A program made the position numbers and the translations under genes. The notes beneath the pieces were generated by a model. That model was not told where the DNA came from. It saw only the letters and a program-made list of their open reading frames with translations, and made no database searches. Source: Selaginella moellendorffii (lineage: Eukaryota; Plantae; Lycopodiophyta). Taken from it: a DNA stretch of 64,000 nucleotides. Below are positions 35,401 through 47,674 of this stretch, piece after piece. The stretch's first letter is position 1. Each line of letters starts with the position of its first letter. The stretch lies in the NCBI RefSeq assembly GCF_000143415.4, contig NW_003314261.1, forward strand, positions 6,728,817-6,792,816, read 5' to 3'.

Positions 35401-36762
35401 AAAAACAAGAGGGTGAAAACTTCGTAGAGTCAGGAACAGAACCCCAATTTGAGTTTAGGGAAGTTTTCTTGATTCGAACTTGATGAACAACAGGGGAAGC
35501 CATAAGAGATGGTGATGTGGGAGAGATGAACTGTAACTCCTTCCAACAGATCTAAGGCTGATGTAGTTGGAACCAAGGAAGGCCGAGCACCACAGAGGAG
35601 AACTTGCTGCTGATGATGTTGAAGGCGATATCGGTGACGATGGACCCAATGTGTACTCGAACAGGCAACGTTTCCCTAAGTCCAGAAGATGGAGACACTA
35701 AATGCCTGCTAATGCCTTTAACCCTTAGATCCTGTATAGTAGGAGAAAGAGGAACGTGATGTCAAGCAGCAAAGTCCGCGTCCATGAAGCAGGAAGTTGC
35801 ACCCCAGTCCAGTAGCTCCAGAGCCTTGAGTCCTGATTGTCCGGTGAAAGAAAGGAGATATAGGACGTGAAAATTGCGAGAATTGGTGGTGGCTTTGATA
35901 AAGGTGGTGAGGAGCTTGATAAAGAAGAAAAGTGATTTTTATTCGGGGAGTCCAAACTGACAGCTCCTACTCTGTTTGGACAAGGTCGTTTCCCGATTGC
36001 AATAGAGGTGGACTTTGAGGTAGAGTGAACTCGAGCAGTCAGGGAGGCTTCTTGGGACACACAGCTGCTTTGTGATTAGGATCAGCACAGTAGAGGCAAA
36101 GATTATGAGATATCCGACGTTGCTTCTCAGCAAGACTCAACTTCCCTTTGATGAGTCGGGGAGTACCAAAAATATCCATCGGGATCAGAGCAGTAGGTTT
36201 AGGAGTATGCCCTGAAGACTCAAGTTGGGATTCTTGAGTCTGGGACGGGAAAACGGCGACACGGCAACTTTCCTAACGACGTTCAAAGAGATGATTGTCG
36301 CATTGAACAACTTTGTTGATGGCGTCCGACAGGTCCGTGGGATCCTGCATGGTGAGCAACAAATCCTTAACACCGTTATTAAGGCCGAAACGAAATTGAT
36401 CAATCAGGGCCCGCTCATCCCACTAAGTGTCCAAGGCAAGGAGTTGGAACTCTGTAGCATAGATTGAGGCAGGACGAGACCCCTGAGAGAGACGTCTCAT
36501 CTTTGTGGTGGCAGCCCGAACCCAATCTATCTCGCCAAAACATGCTTCGAGCTTCTCTTTGAACAATTGAAGATCCATTACCTCCGGAACCACGGCCCCT
36601 TTCATGCTCTTCTCCAGGAGAGGAAAAAACCATGACAAAGCTGCACTTTCAAGCAACGTCCCAATCTCGCCGATTTGAGACTCGAGAATGGGGTACTGCC
36701 GATGTTGAAGTGCGAAGATCAGCTCCATCTGGTTCAGGAATCTGCGAAACTCTGAACGCTTG
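32450..36762 (-). pseudogene. Frameshifted gag-pol of element B
   Basis: CCHC knuckle (CLYCADPNHKAAVC); [23 protein letters not shown] and YLDD; integrase PWESISMDF, VVVDRFTKMAHF and IHPVFHSSLL; chromodomain EYEVQDILDS...YLVDWKGYGPKERTWE. The gag 5' part continues at 38418 to ~38600. Confidence 0.93.
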
Positions 36763-38417
36763 TGTGAGACACAAAATCCCTAGGCCCCAAAGTGGAGCTG
36801 GAAGGGTGCCATGTGGTAGTGGCTGAAGTGAAAGCCAAATGAGTGTAACACGTTTGGACTAAAAGCTTCGACTTGAAAGATCGAGAGTGGGAGTGGAACT
36901 CCCAACAAAGTGCTTGAGGAACAAACACGAAGCGAGCAATAAGCGAGGCTCCAAAAAGGGACCCAAAAGGACCAACACATGACACATGGAAGTGTCTGAG
37001 ATGGAGTCCGAGATGGACCTGAGTTGGAGTCCGAGATGGAGTCCGAGATGGAGTCTGAGGTGGAGTCTGAGGTGGAGTCTGAGATGGAGTCCAAGATGGA
37101 CCAAGACAGAGTCCGAGATGGAGTCCGAGGTGGAGTTCGAGATGGAGTCCGAGGTGGAGCCTGAGATGGAGTCCGAGATGGACCGAGACGGAGTCCGAGA
37201 TGGAGTCCGAGATGGACTGAGACGGAGTCCGAGATGGAGTCCGAGATGGACCAAGACGGAGTCCGAGATGGACCCGAGATGGAATCCGAGATGGAGTCCG
37301 AGGTCAAGACTGAGACTGGGACCGAGACCGAGACCGAGACTGGGACCGAGACCGAGACCAAGGCCAAGGCCAAGACCGAGCCTGAGCCCGAGTCCAAGTC
37401 TGAGTCTGAGTCCGAGTCCAAGTCTGAGTTCGAATCTGAGAGGGTGAAAGCCCAAAGCATTCGTCTCCCAAACCCTGGGGGGTTTGGTGAGCTCCAAAAG
37501 TATAGTAAGGGGGAGGACTGCAGTGGAGCCAGTTTGGCCCAGGAAGGCTGTACCCAGTGTTGGGTGATGAGCTGCCCACTGGGAAGTCCAAAACTAGAGT
37601 GAACACGGACCAACAAGCGGGGTAGCTTGGTGAAGTGTTCAAGAGCCGGCTCTAGTTCCCTCGGGAGATCGACTGGCCGATGCTCCCAGTCCAAGTGTGG
37701 GTGGCACTACCTACTTGGATACTTGGCGTGGCTCAACGAAACCTCGCTCTAAGCCTATGGCTAGAGCACTTAAAGGCGAAAGGTGGGGAGAGTACCCATG
37801 AGGCCCGCATAGGGCCACGGTGTTCCGAAATGTTATCCCAAAGTCCTAGTTTGTGGAAAGGAAGAGGAGTAGCCCTCTGGTGTGGTGACCAAGGACACAG
37901 TCACATAGTGAGGAAGTCCTGGAGGACAGTGGGACTTAGTGGTTGGGCCTGTGGGCCTTGATCCAGTGGCAGTGTTGGTGAATATGGCTATGGACAGAAA
38001 AGGATCTTAATGGGGACTGTTAAGGGGATATTGGGGAAGGCTGTTGCCTATGTTTACGGGCATCTTAAGGATGCTAAGGAGTGGACCTAAAATGGTCACT
38101 CATAGACAGATGGCCCAATCTTTGAGAGACAGGACGGCAATGCATATGGTGTTGGATCACCGGTGTGACCAAGGTGAATGGGCATGGCCTTAACGTAATG
38201 GGCCAGTATGTCGGTGGTACCTTGGGGTGTCGGTCATGAGATCGAACACATGGAGCGCTTGGACCAAGTGCAAAGGTTGAGTGGTGGGAATGCCATTCTC
38301 GGGGCTAGCAAGCCCAAGTCTGAAATAAGACTTATGGAGGTTTTGAGTGAGACTCCTCCAAGTGGTCGGAGGTGTGGTTAAGTGACTAAAGTAGAATGGA
38401 AAAATTAGTTGTTTACA
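36763..38417 (+). mobile_element. Solo LTR (family C, 1655 bp) nested in gag of element B
   Basis: TG...CA termini. TSD GCTTG (36758-36762 / 38418-38422). Removing it restores PEPKVSFPAKFSSKRSEFRRFLNQMELIF. Confidence 0.9.
36990..37440. repeat. Tandem 12-mer (GAGATGGAGTCC) and 6-mer (GAGACC/GAGTCC) array inside solo LTR
   Basis: Directly visible. An equivalent array is at ~48670-49140. Confidence 0.95.
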
Positions 38418-40565
38418 GCTTGCTTGAAAATTTCGCCGGGAAACTCACCTTCGGTTCAGGAACTTTGCTGGATCCTTGAGCCAAAAGTGAAGCAAGCTCC
38501 TGCTACATGCGAAGAAGGGTCGCCTTTGGCTCGGTATTCTCAGATTGGATTTTTGCAAGGACTTCGGCAAAGAAATCATGATGGCTTAGAGACTCCATTG
38601 GCAAAGAAGAAAGAAAAAGGTGGAAAAAAGGCAAAGGCAGTCAAACAATCAATACAAGCTAAAGCAAAAAACGAAAATCCACAATCTGAATCAAACTGTC
38701 AAGACCCCCAACAAGATCAAGACTGGAAAATGCTAAAGACAAAGAGAAAAGCTAGTGGAAACAAAGAAAAGGCTTTAGACTGGTATTAATTCAGATTGTG
38801 GAGAAATGGAACAAAGCTAACTTATATATACTATAGGTTGATGAAGCTCCACCACTCTTGGATCAAGAATAGCCTAAATATAGCTAAGGTTGAGGAGGTG
38901 CCACATCATCATCAGGAATGTGGCTTGAAACTCAAGAATCATACGGGAAATCAGAGAGTCAGGAATAGAGAAGTGTCACGAGAGTCAGGAATATGGTCTG
39001 CAGGTTAAGAATCCGGTGAGAGTTAGAAATGTGGCAAGAATTGGGGGATTCCTGACAAATAGAAAGTGGAGCTTAAAAAGGCAAGTGATGCCAAAATATA
39101 TTTTGATAGGTAAAAGTTTTATAACTTGGATTTCCCATTAGAAAATGGGGTGTATTTTTATTCATAAGTTTTTTTCTTTTGTCTTTGAATCTTAATAAAC
39201 CTTAATTGCTTAAAACCTCTCAAACAATTTCCTACTTGTAATTTATTATATTTCCTTGTAAGTTCATGTTTTTGTGAATAGAAGTTAAAAGCCCCACTCT
39301 CTTGGCACTCTACCCCACAAGTTTAATCTAGTGAGAAAATTTGATTTTTAGACAAATATCAATGTCAATTTGTAATGTAATTCTTTTAGTCAACCAACAA
39401 AATTGAATTTGAGACATCTTTGATACCATATGTAAATTCCTTAACTCAAGCTTATGTTTAACTCTATGTATCCCAAAATTCTTAACTAATTAAAGAAAAT
39501 AGTGTACTTATATTTATATATCTTCAATAGACCTCTCAAGTTGTTTTTTTTTTTACTTGAGAAAACAAGAATACCTAATTGGATGGAATGTTAAGACATG
39601 ATCCCCTTACTCATTTTACTTGTCTTTACCCCAAAGAGTGCAAAATTTTACTAAGTCATAACTCAATTAATGGTTGGGTCATATTTCGGTTCTATTGCTT
39701 GCCACATGGATTAGCAAGATTAGTCACTAATGTTAAGTATAAAGTGCTAAAAGGCACAAAAGAAATGGAAAGTTATCCTCCTCTCCTTCCTATCTTGTAT
39801 TCCTCAAGTTCTTGAGCAAGAACGAACCATCATCCTTATGATCATGTTCAAGGTCCTTTCTTTGCTGCCAAGAAAGGAAGGGATAGACTTGCTCTCTGTT
39901 AAGCATGAGAATAGACATGCCTAATTGCCAGTGCCATCCTGAACCCTAAAAATCACATAAATAAAGAGTTCGATTTCTGGGTAAGTGTCTCCTCCACTCT
40001 CTATCACCAGTATAGGTGTCAATGTCCTTGGAAATGCATCACCCAGAAAATTTGTCTGCCACTTCAAAGAAATGATGTTGAGATGTCACTTTTTAACCCA
40101 CTTGCTTAATACTAGGCCATAAACTTAAGATGCTAGAATATATTTGATAATGCTTAACATGATAAACAAACCAAGTTATAATCTTGCTTATGAAAAAATG
40201 AATAAATTAGATAGCTCTGTCATTGCTCAATTCGTTGCAATGCGAAACACCAGATTTGCTATTGAAGATCAAACAAACACATATAATTAGATAGTTTTGT
40301 CAATAGAAAATATACCTGTAACAGAACTGCTGGGTAACGATTACTCCCTCACGCCAAGGATGTGATATTCCTCTGCTCTGTCTCTTTGTTTCAGAGTGCA
40401 TAGGCCTATGCCCCTCCATTCTTGTCGCAGTGATCCAGCTGATTTATGGTGACGTCCAGATCGTCGCTCACTTCCCACTAAGTAGAATGAAGATTTGAAA
40501 TATTTATTTTGATTCATGCCAGCATTCACTAGTGTGGGCGAATAGGGTTTTGCTTTGAATTCTGA

Positions 40566-42859
40566 ATGGCGGCCATAGACGCCATGGATGTGGAGTGGGA
40601 TGTTCTGCTTTTCTACTGCATTGTAAGCGCGGAAGAAGTAGAGCCGAGCGGGCATGTGGTTCAGAGGAGGGGAACCTGCACGGGGGTGGCAGCAGGCACC
40701 ACATTCTCTGGTGCGCTTGAGGCTGTCCAGGAAGCGGCAGGAGCAAAGGGCGGGGATGAAGTCCACCGTCTTCGATTCAAGCCCAAGCCTGCGTGGGTTG
40801 CGCTCACTCCTCAAGTTTCTGGCTATGTCTGCCAGAAAGGGGACGAGCTTTTCTTCAGAGTGACTCGCCCAGGTAAGCCCCTCTCTGTGAATTCGTTTGC
40901 TGGCTCCGGGACTTTTGGAGTAGCTATGGCTTTGAGATGGGTTTCTTGTGTGTGTGTGTGTGTGTGTGGATCCGTGAGCTTTAATGGTGGTGCTTTGAGA
41001 GTCTTGGTTGATCTTTACGTCTTTGCTTGACTTGGGATTTTACAAATGCTGGCTAACCATAACTTTCGTGTGGATCTTGTGTTTCTGGGGGTTGATCTTT
41101 GTTTCAGTCCCTCTGATGTATCTTTGTGTCAGTATGCACTTGCCTGCGGAGTTTCTATGGTTTTTTAAAGTTTTCTTTTCTTTTCTTGTTGTGCTGACAT
41201 TTTTTTTAATTTTTGTTTTTTTTTTTTTTTTTTGTTGCAGTGCTACCAACAAAGTTGAAGGGTGTGCCAGGTAAGCATGTTCACTTCTGGTTGTGTTTTG
41301 CGTTTGATCTGGCATAGTTTTTGCTGATAACTTTCAAGTGGTGGTGCGTGCAATGTTTGTTTGAAGCTTTTCTCATCTACTGTTCATGATACTTATGCTG
41401 TTGCTGTTTGCCTCTCTCGTTTCTGGCTTTTTAGTCCGATTTGGTTTGCTTCACAGCTGGTGTGGCGTCACTCGCGCGGGCTGGCGAGACTGACGATCAG
41501 AAGTTCTGGATTCTAGACCGCGATCCGCTGGGGAACTTTGTCCGGCCTTTCCTGCTGTGGAAACGAAAGGCGTATACGAGTCTGGAAACCAAACTGCTGG
41601 CGGAGACGGCTCGCATTTTCATTGTTCTCGGCACTGGAGGAACGGGAAAAACTTTCTTCGGCTACCACTGGATTACTAGGCTGGGACAAATGGGTCACGA
41701 ACGCGTTTTGTACAAGAAGGAAGGTGCTACTGTCTACGTCCTCAATCTGCGAAGGCATTGCGTTGAAGGTGCTTACGATATGGATGACAAGGTTATCACT
41801 GATATGTTGGACGACCCGTCATTGTGGCTAGTGATTGATGGCAAGCAGAAGGCTGCGGTGGAGGGCGTGTGCAAAATACTCTTGACTTGCTCAACTCAGA
41901 AGAGCAACTATGGAGAATTCGGGAAGTCGGGAGACTGCCTCAAGCTTTACATATCGGTGTGGTCCAGGGAGGAAGTCGAGGCATTCTTTAGCGACTTCGA
42001 GGTTCACAGACGTCAGTTTGAAAGCATGAAGGTGGTGGACAAAACCACAGCGCTCGAGGCATTCGATTACTTGGGAGGTGTTGCGAGGTACATTCTAACT
42101 AAATGGAAGTTGAAGGATGGCAAGGACAGGGTTAGAGATGCTGTCCAGCGTCTAGGATCAAACGTCCAGGAGGCAAGGATTGTTCTGTGTGGTGGACACT
42201 TGAAGAACGTGAGCGATTGTGTTCTTCACATAGTAGCAAGTGATGATGACTTGGAAGTCAAGAGTCGGAGGTTTGCAAGCGAGGCTTTGATGAAAGAGCT
42301 GGGAGAGCAGTACATCCAGGCTGGAGTTGCAGCGATGGTGAAGTTTCTGAAACATACATTCAGCTGTCCTTGGGTGGGGGGTCTGTGGGGGAAACTCTAC
42401 GAGTCACTTGTTCATAGGCTTCTGTCCCGTGGTGGCAACTTCAGAGTGAAGGAGGTGTTTGAAGACGGGAGACGCCCAGCGGAGACTTCGATCGCTGTTG
42501 CACCACATGTGATGGAAGAGGCAAACTCAGCTGTGGATCTCAAAGCGAAAATGGGGAAAGGCAAGTACGTGAAACCAACGTCCGAGACGCTTCCATGTGC
42601 CATGGATGACAACATATTGGTTCAGGTGTTTAAGAAACGCGATGTCAAAGCCAGCGGTTTGGAGAAGGTTGATGCTGTGTTGAAGAAGAACTCGTATAAC
42701 TTGTGGTCGTGCGTTCCCAAAGAGACGTATCCACTCACAGGATGGCAGGATTATAAGAGCAGCAGCGATGGAGGAGTCCATGGAAAAGATATTCCAGTCT
42801 TGCAGAAAATGAGGCAGTTTGTGGTTGCAGTAGACTATGAAGATGCCAGGCGTTTGTGA
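40566..42859 (+). CDS. Crinkler/RHS-type protein: N-terminal header + P-loop NTPase + restriction-endonuclease-like C-terminus (~580 aa)
   Basis: Exons 40566-40872, 41241-41270 and 41457-42859, joined in phase 1. Motifs IVLGTGGTGKT, WLVIDG, VWSREE, GGVARY, FAS, GKLYESLVH, YVKP..ETLP and ILVQV. Confidence 0.75.
40947..40968. repeat. (TG)n microsatellite in intron 1
   Basis: Visible dinucleotide run. Confidence 0.9.
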
Positions 42860-44395
42860 GAGCGAGCTTGAGGTATTAGCGTGGTCGATTCTCTTCCTTT
42901 TACTGATTCGTTCTTGCAGCCGAGCAGATATAAAGGACAGTGAGGAATAACTCCGGAAGTCGTCAAGCGTGAAGTACCTCTAGTGGCTTTGACTCGGACA
43001 AGGTGGACATTGTGCCCCTTCTTCTTTGTCACTCATTAATCTTTTCTTTCTTTTCCAGGCTTGGCTGTGCAATACCTCTAGGACAGCTTCGAGAGGGAAG
43101 GTGGCATTTTGTAAGAGCATGGGTTAAGTTTTTAAGTTACAAATCGCCTTCTTTGTTTTTGGGTCTTTTATCTTTGTAGAACAGGACTTGGTGAGGAGCT
43201 AGAAGTTCCCAACTCAAAGGTACTGGCTTTTATGGTTTCACGATCCGTCATTCCTTTTGATGTTGAATACAACTGTTTTACTACTGTGTAACTCAGAACT
43301 GGAGGGAGACTGCGTGGGACTGCGTTCCTCATGGTAAGTTTCCAACTATTTTTAAAGCTTGTATAGTTTCGTTCTAGTCATTGTTGACAGTACTAGGAAT
43401 TCCAGCTATTTCTAGAGCTCATATCCTTGTTGATAAGTAGTTTGTTTCGTTGTTGACGGTACTTCTGGCCCCTGGCCTTCGACAGCGCCAAAATTTTCTG
43501 GCTGGATACTGTAAGAGCTCACCTTAATGTTCTATTTGACTCATCACCAACACTCGTTTCATCTCAGGCAGCAGCAGCAGCAGCCAGCGAGCGACAACAA
43601 ACATTGTTCCGTGTTCGGATCTTAGCAGCCTTTTCAATTCTCGTTTGTGGAAGGTAGTGAACTTCGAAAGCTAATTGTCTTTCCTGGTGGTGGAAAACAG
43701 GAACCAAGGATAAAATCGTGGTTGGTTTTCTTTGATCGAAACCGAGGAGAGAAATGAAGGAGCCATGCCATTGATTCCATCTGTGGGAAACGTCCACACA
43801 GTAAAAATATGGACGAATATTCAGGTAAGGTATACAAGTCAATCAATCAATCCTGTAGAGCTCACTCATAGGTACCAAGCATTAAGTTACCGTCCCCCTG
43901 CCACAATGCCACTTCGCTCCACATTTATGGTTTCCAGCCTGTTTTTTTCTCAGAGAGTGTTTCTACGCAGAAAGATGGAGATGAGATCGAGAACAAACAC
44001 TAAGAAATCCTGAAATCTTTCCAAGGACAACAGGCGGTGAGTTTAGCGGAGCGCATAGATGTTTTCAGGCTTTGTTTGTCACCGACTTGCGTGCATTCAT
44101 AGAGCATTTTCTTGCATTCTTTTGTTTGCTTGCTGCGTTGCATGTGAATGATTCTTCCTCCGCGTCGTCCTTGGCTTGAATGCGCTCGTAGTGCGCTGTG
44201 TTTTACTCGTCACACATGCCTCACAGCGTGCTCTCTTAGTTGTTGTAGACGAGGCGGAAAGCCATTCCCTTCGAGGAGGCCTGCTCGCGAGAAGATCTTA
44301 AGGTAGTCATTGTCTAAGCTCCGATTTGTCTCCAGCTTGGCTCAGATTCCAGTGGTCTCGCTCGCAGGTATAGCAGCGAGCAGCGTAGCGCAGCC

Positions 44396-45740
44396 ATGAA
44401 GGCAGCCGCCCTGCTCCTCCTGTGTTTCATCCTCTCGTTTCACGCAGCAGAGGCTCAGCAGGTTGCGCAGTTCATCTTCGGCGACTCGCTCGTCGACTCG
44501 GGGAACAATGACTACATCCTCTCCATCGCCCGAGCAAACTTCTTCCCGAATGGCATCGACACGCAGAACAGAGTTGCGACTGGCCGCTTCTGCAATGGCT
44601 TGCTCATCTCCGACTTCGTAAGTAGGTCCCTTGCCTCCCTCTCTTCTGTTTGTTTCATCGGTCAGCGAGCTCTAAGAGACCTCTCTCAATCAATGCAGGC
44701 CAGTTCCTGGGCGCTCAGCCGGTGCTTCCATTTCTCGATCCATCTGCGAGGGGTCGGGACTTGCTGCGAGGAAGTAACTTCGCCTCCGCTGGAGCAGGGA
44801 TCGTAGCAGACACTGGAAGCATCTTTGTACGCTTGCTTGCTTTGACTCAGTCTATCCGGTGCTAACGGTGCGTGCGTGGGTATTTGCAGCTCCGACGCAT
44901 CACCATGCCCGAGCAGATCGGTCTCTTCCAGAGATACCAGTCGCAAGTTTCGTCCTTGATCGGTCCCCAAGCAACCGGGAGGCTCATAGCAAACTCGCTC
45001 GTCTCGGTGACTGTGGGTGGCAACGATTACATCAACAATTACCTCTTGCCGGGCTCCGCGCGAAGAGCCCAGCTCAGTCCCTTCCAGTTCAACTCGCTCT
45101 TGGTGTCAACTTTGCGCGACCAATTGCAGGTATATATCGTAGTAGCTGAAGGTACACTGTTGTGATTCGATCTTTCTTTTGTTTCCGCAGCAAATCTCCA
45201 ACTTGGGCGCTCGCAAGATCGTCGTGTCCAACATGGGCCCGATCGGTTGCATCCCCTCGCAAAAGTCCATGCGTCCCCCGAGCGGGTTGTGCCTCCCGGA
45301 CCTCCAGCAGTACGCGCAGCACTTCAACTCGCTGCTTCGTCCAATGCTGTCTCAGCTCACGCAGCAGAACCCCGGATCCGTGTTCCTCTACTCGAACGGC
45401 TACGACATGCTCATGGACATCATGGCAAACGGAGGATCATACGGTACGTATACGTGGTTTTGCTCGAGATCTCGAAAGCGACAGGTGAAGTTTCATGCTC
45501 TTTTTTTTTGTGTTTTCAGGACTATCAAATGTGAGGGACGCGTGCTGTGGACAAGGCGCATTCAATGGGAATGCGATATGCACTGGCGCGTCGACGCTGT
45601 GCGCCGACCGGAGTTCGTTCCTGTGGTGGGATCCGTATCACCCAACGGAGGCTGTCAACAAGATCATCACGGACCGGCTGCTGGACGGGCCCCCGTCGGA
45701 CATCAGTCCCATGAATCTCAGGCAAGTTCTCCGCTTATAA
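44396..45740 (+). CDS. Secreted GDSL esterase/lipase
   Basis: Signal peptide; FIFGDSLVDSGNN; GSNFASAGAGI; VGGNDYINNY; WWDPYHPT. Five exons. Confidence 0.96.
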
Positions 45741-45763
45741 GTACCTACAGACATATTGGGCTG

Positions 45764-45792
<29 letters not shown>
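45764..45792. repeat. (CT)n microsatellite in GDSL 3' region
   Basis: Visible dinucleotide run. Confidence 0.9.
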
Positions 45793-45794
<2 letters not shown>

Positions 45795-47674
45795 GCGCTA
45801 CACTCTCTCTCCGTGATCCTCGTCCATTGCAAGCAAACTTGCAAACTTTTAGTATGAGCTTCTTTTTTGGAAGAAATGATTTTTTTTATAAAGTATACTT
45901 CTGAAAATGCGAGTCCAGGGCACAGGAATCCTTTGGATCTGTTTGTCTTTGCATTCTGGTGGGGAATTTGTTTTCCTTCAGATTTTCTTACTTTTTTCTG
46001 GGTTTATGCTTACGAGATAAAAGAAAGTCAATGCAATGTCAATAAAGCCAATGAAAGTCAGAAAATAATTGAGCTACAAGGGCTGTTGGATGTGGTTGCT
46101 CTTACTTTTGTGGGAAAATCTATCTGGGTGGAAGTGTATTTGAGAATCTCATGTTGAGATAGATAGAAGAAGCAAGATTTGACGAGATTGATCTTCTCAA
46201 ATTTGGTGGTGTCAAGGCAAAGTTGCTGCTCGCTCCAAGGATGCAAAGCTAGCGACTGCAAGCAGAGGAAATACAGCAGTGAGGACAAACTTTGTGATGT
46301 CCAAAGATAGGAAAACTCCTAGTACCAACAAAAATGTAAGTAGTCTCTCTTTTCTTCCTTAAAGCGTTTCTCCTTGTATAAATCAATGGAACTTCCTTGG
46401 GTTGAGGAGATCACCCGTGGATTGATCACAAATATGGAACTGAGTGAACTGAGCAAGGCAGCATGAAGGAGAAAAAGTTTACCAGCTGTGTCAGGAACAA
46501 CACCTGAAATATGCGCAGTTGCGCCATATTAGTAAATTTCCAAAACACTGCGTTGTGAGCTGCAAGCGAACTTAAGTTTAGACCAGCACACAAGAAAACG
46601 AAAACTAACCTTGCACGCAGCAGCCATGGCGCTATGGATCCCAGGGCCGCAGAGCAGGAGAAAGACTCCAAGCCACCAGCCACCCTACTTTCTAGAGCTC
46701 CACTATTACCCTTTTACGTTTCAGAATCTTCTCGCTTGAGAGCACTGGACATTTGAGTCTCTGCTTTGTTTTAACTTGCAATCTATCAACATATTAATCA
46801 AAGATATGAAGAACACAAAGAAAAAATGAAAGAACACACAAACTCTCCATCTTGGTAGCAGTCAATCTCTGAAGTTTTTGCTACTGCTCACTCGCATGAG
46901 CACGCATCGAGAAGAAGACCTGCTTACCAATGCTAAACGCCTGAATAATTAAAGACAGCCTTACCCACAGAGCAAAGAGAAAAATCCTGTTATCTTCCTT
47001 GAGTGAAAACTTTGTCAAATAATATTTAACTAAACCTTACGCACCTTACCCGCAGCTACACTTGCCCTCCACATTCGAGGCACTGGCGGCTCCTTTTCTG
47101 CAAATTCCACGATTCATCTTCTTCCACCGATAGTTGCACGCAATCCAGATTTTCTGAGAAGCTGCAAAATTCAGATTTCTGAAACGTGCTGCGCCAATGT
47201 ACAAAAAAACATTCTTTTTCCACTTTTTTATTTGTTATTTAGACTGTTGTGTGACTCAAAACTTCACACTCCATTTCCCTTCTACCACTTTTTAGCTTTT
47301 ATTCCTCTCTTTTTCTTTTGTTGTAATGAGCCTACGAATATTTAGAGGAATCTAAATTATTAAATTATTTATCTAACTAAAGATAAGCATGGCATTAGTA
47401 TATAAAGTCATAGGTTAGAACTTTCTTAGAATCTAGATTCTGAAGAGTGAACATAGACATGAATGCCTAATGGAGTTAATAGGATATCCTATAGATTTTT
47501 ACACTTATATCTAGCTCTTTATTAGATTTTTTCAACTTTGGTTGTGGCTTCGCATTACTTCTTTGGTCACCTTTTTATAAGAGACAATATTGTATATTAT
47601 TGTATAACATGCTTGGAAAAAATTAAGCTCATGAATTGGGGAAAGCTATAAACTACTTTTCATGTTAAAGGTAG

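Larger units (their letters stand above)
31955..39057 (-). mobile_element. Ty3/gypsy chromovirus (Tcn1/Tf1-sushi-like), defective, element B
   Basis: 361-bp LTRs at 31955-32315 and 38697-39057 (~89% identical by eye, mostly transitions). TSD GATAG/AATAG. PPT next to 32316. Order gag-PR-RT-RH-INT-chromodomain. Confidence 0.95.

Noticed and set aside
36780-37694. Long SD/LG/PR-repeat ORFs (also 48465-49377) as proteins, or the arrays as CRISPR
   Set aside because: They arise from stop-poor 6/12-mer tandem repeats inside solo LTRs and are open in many frames. There are no unique spacers or cas genes, and the context is eukaryotic.
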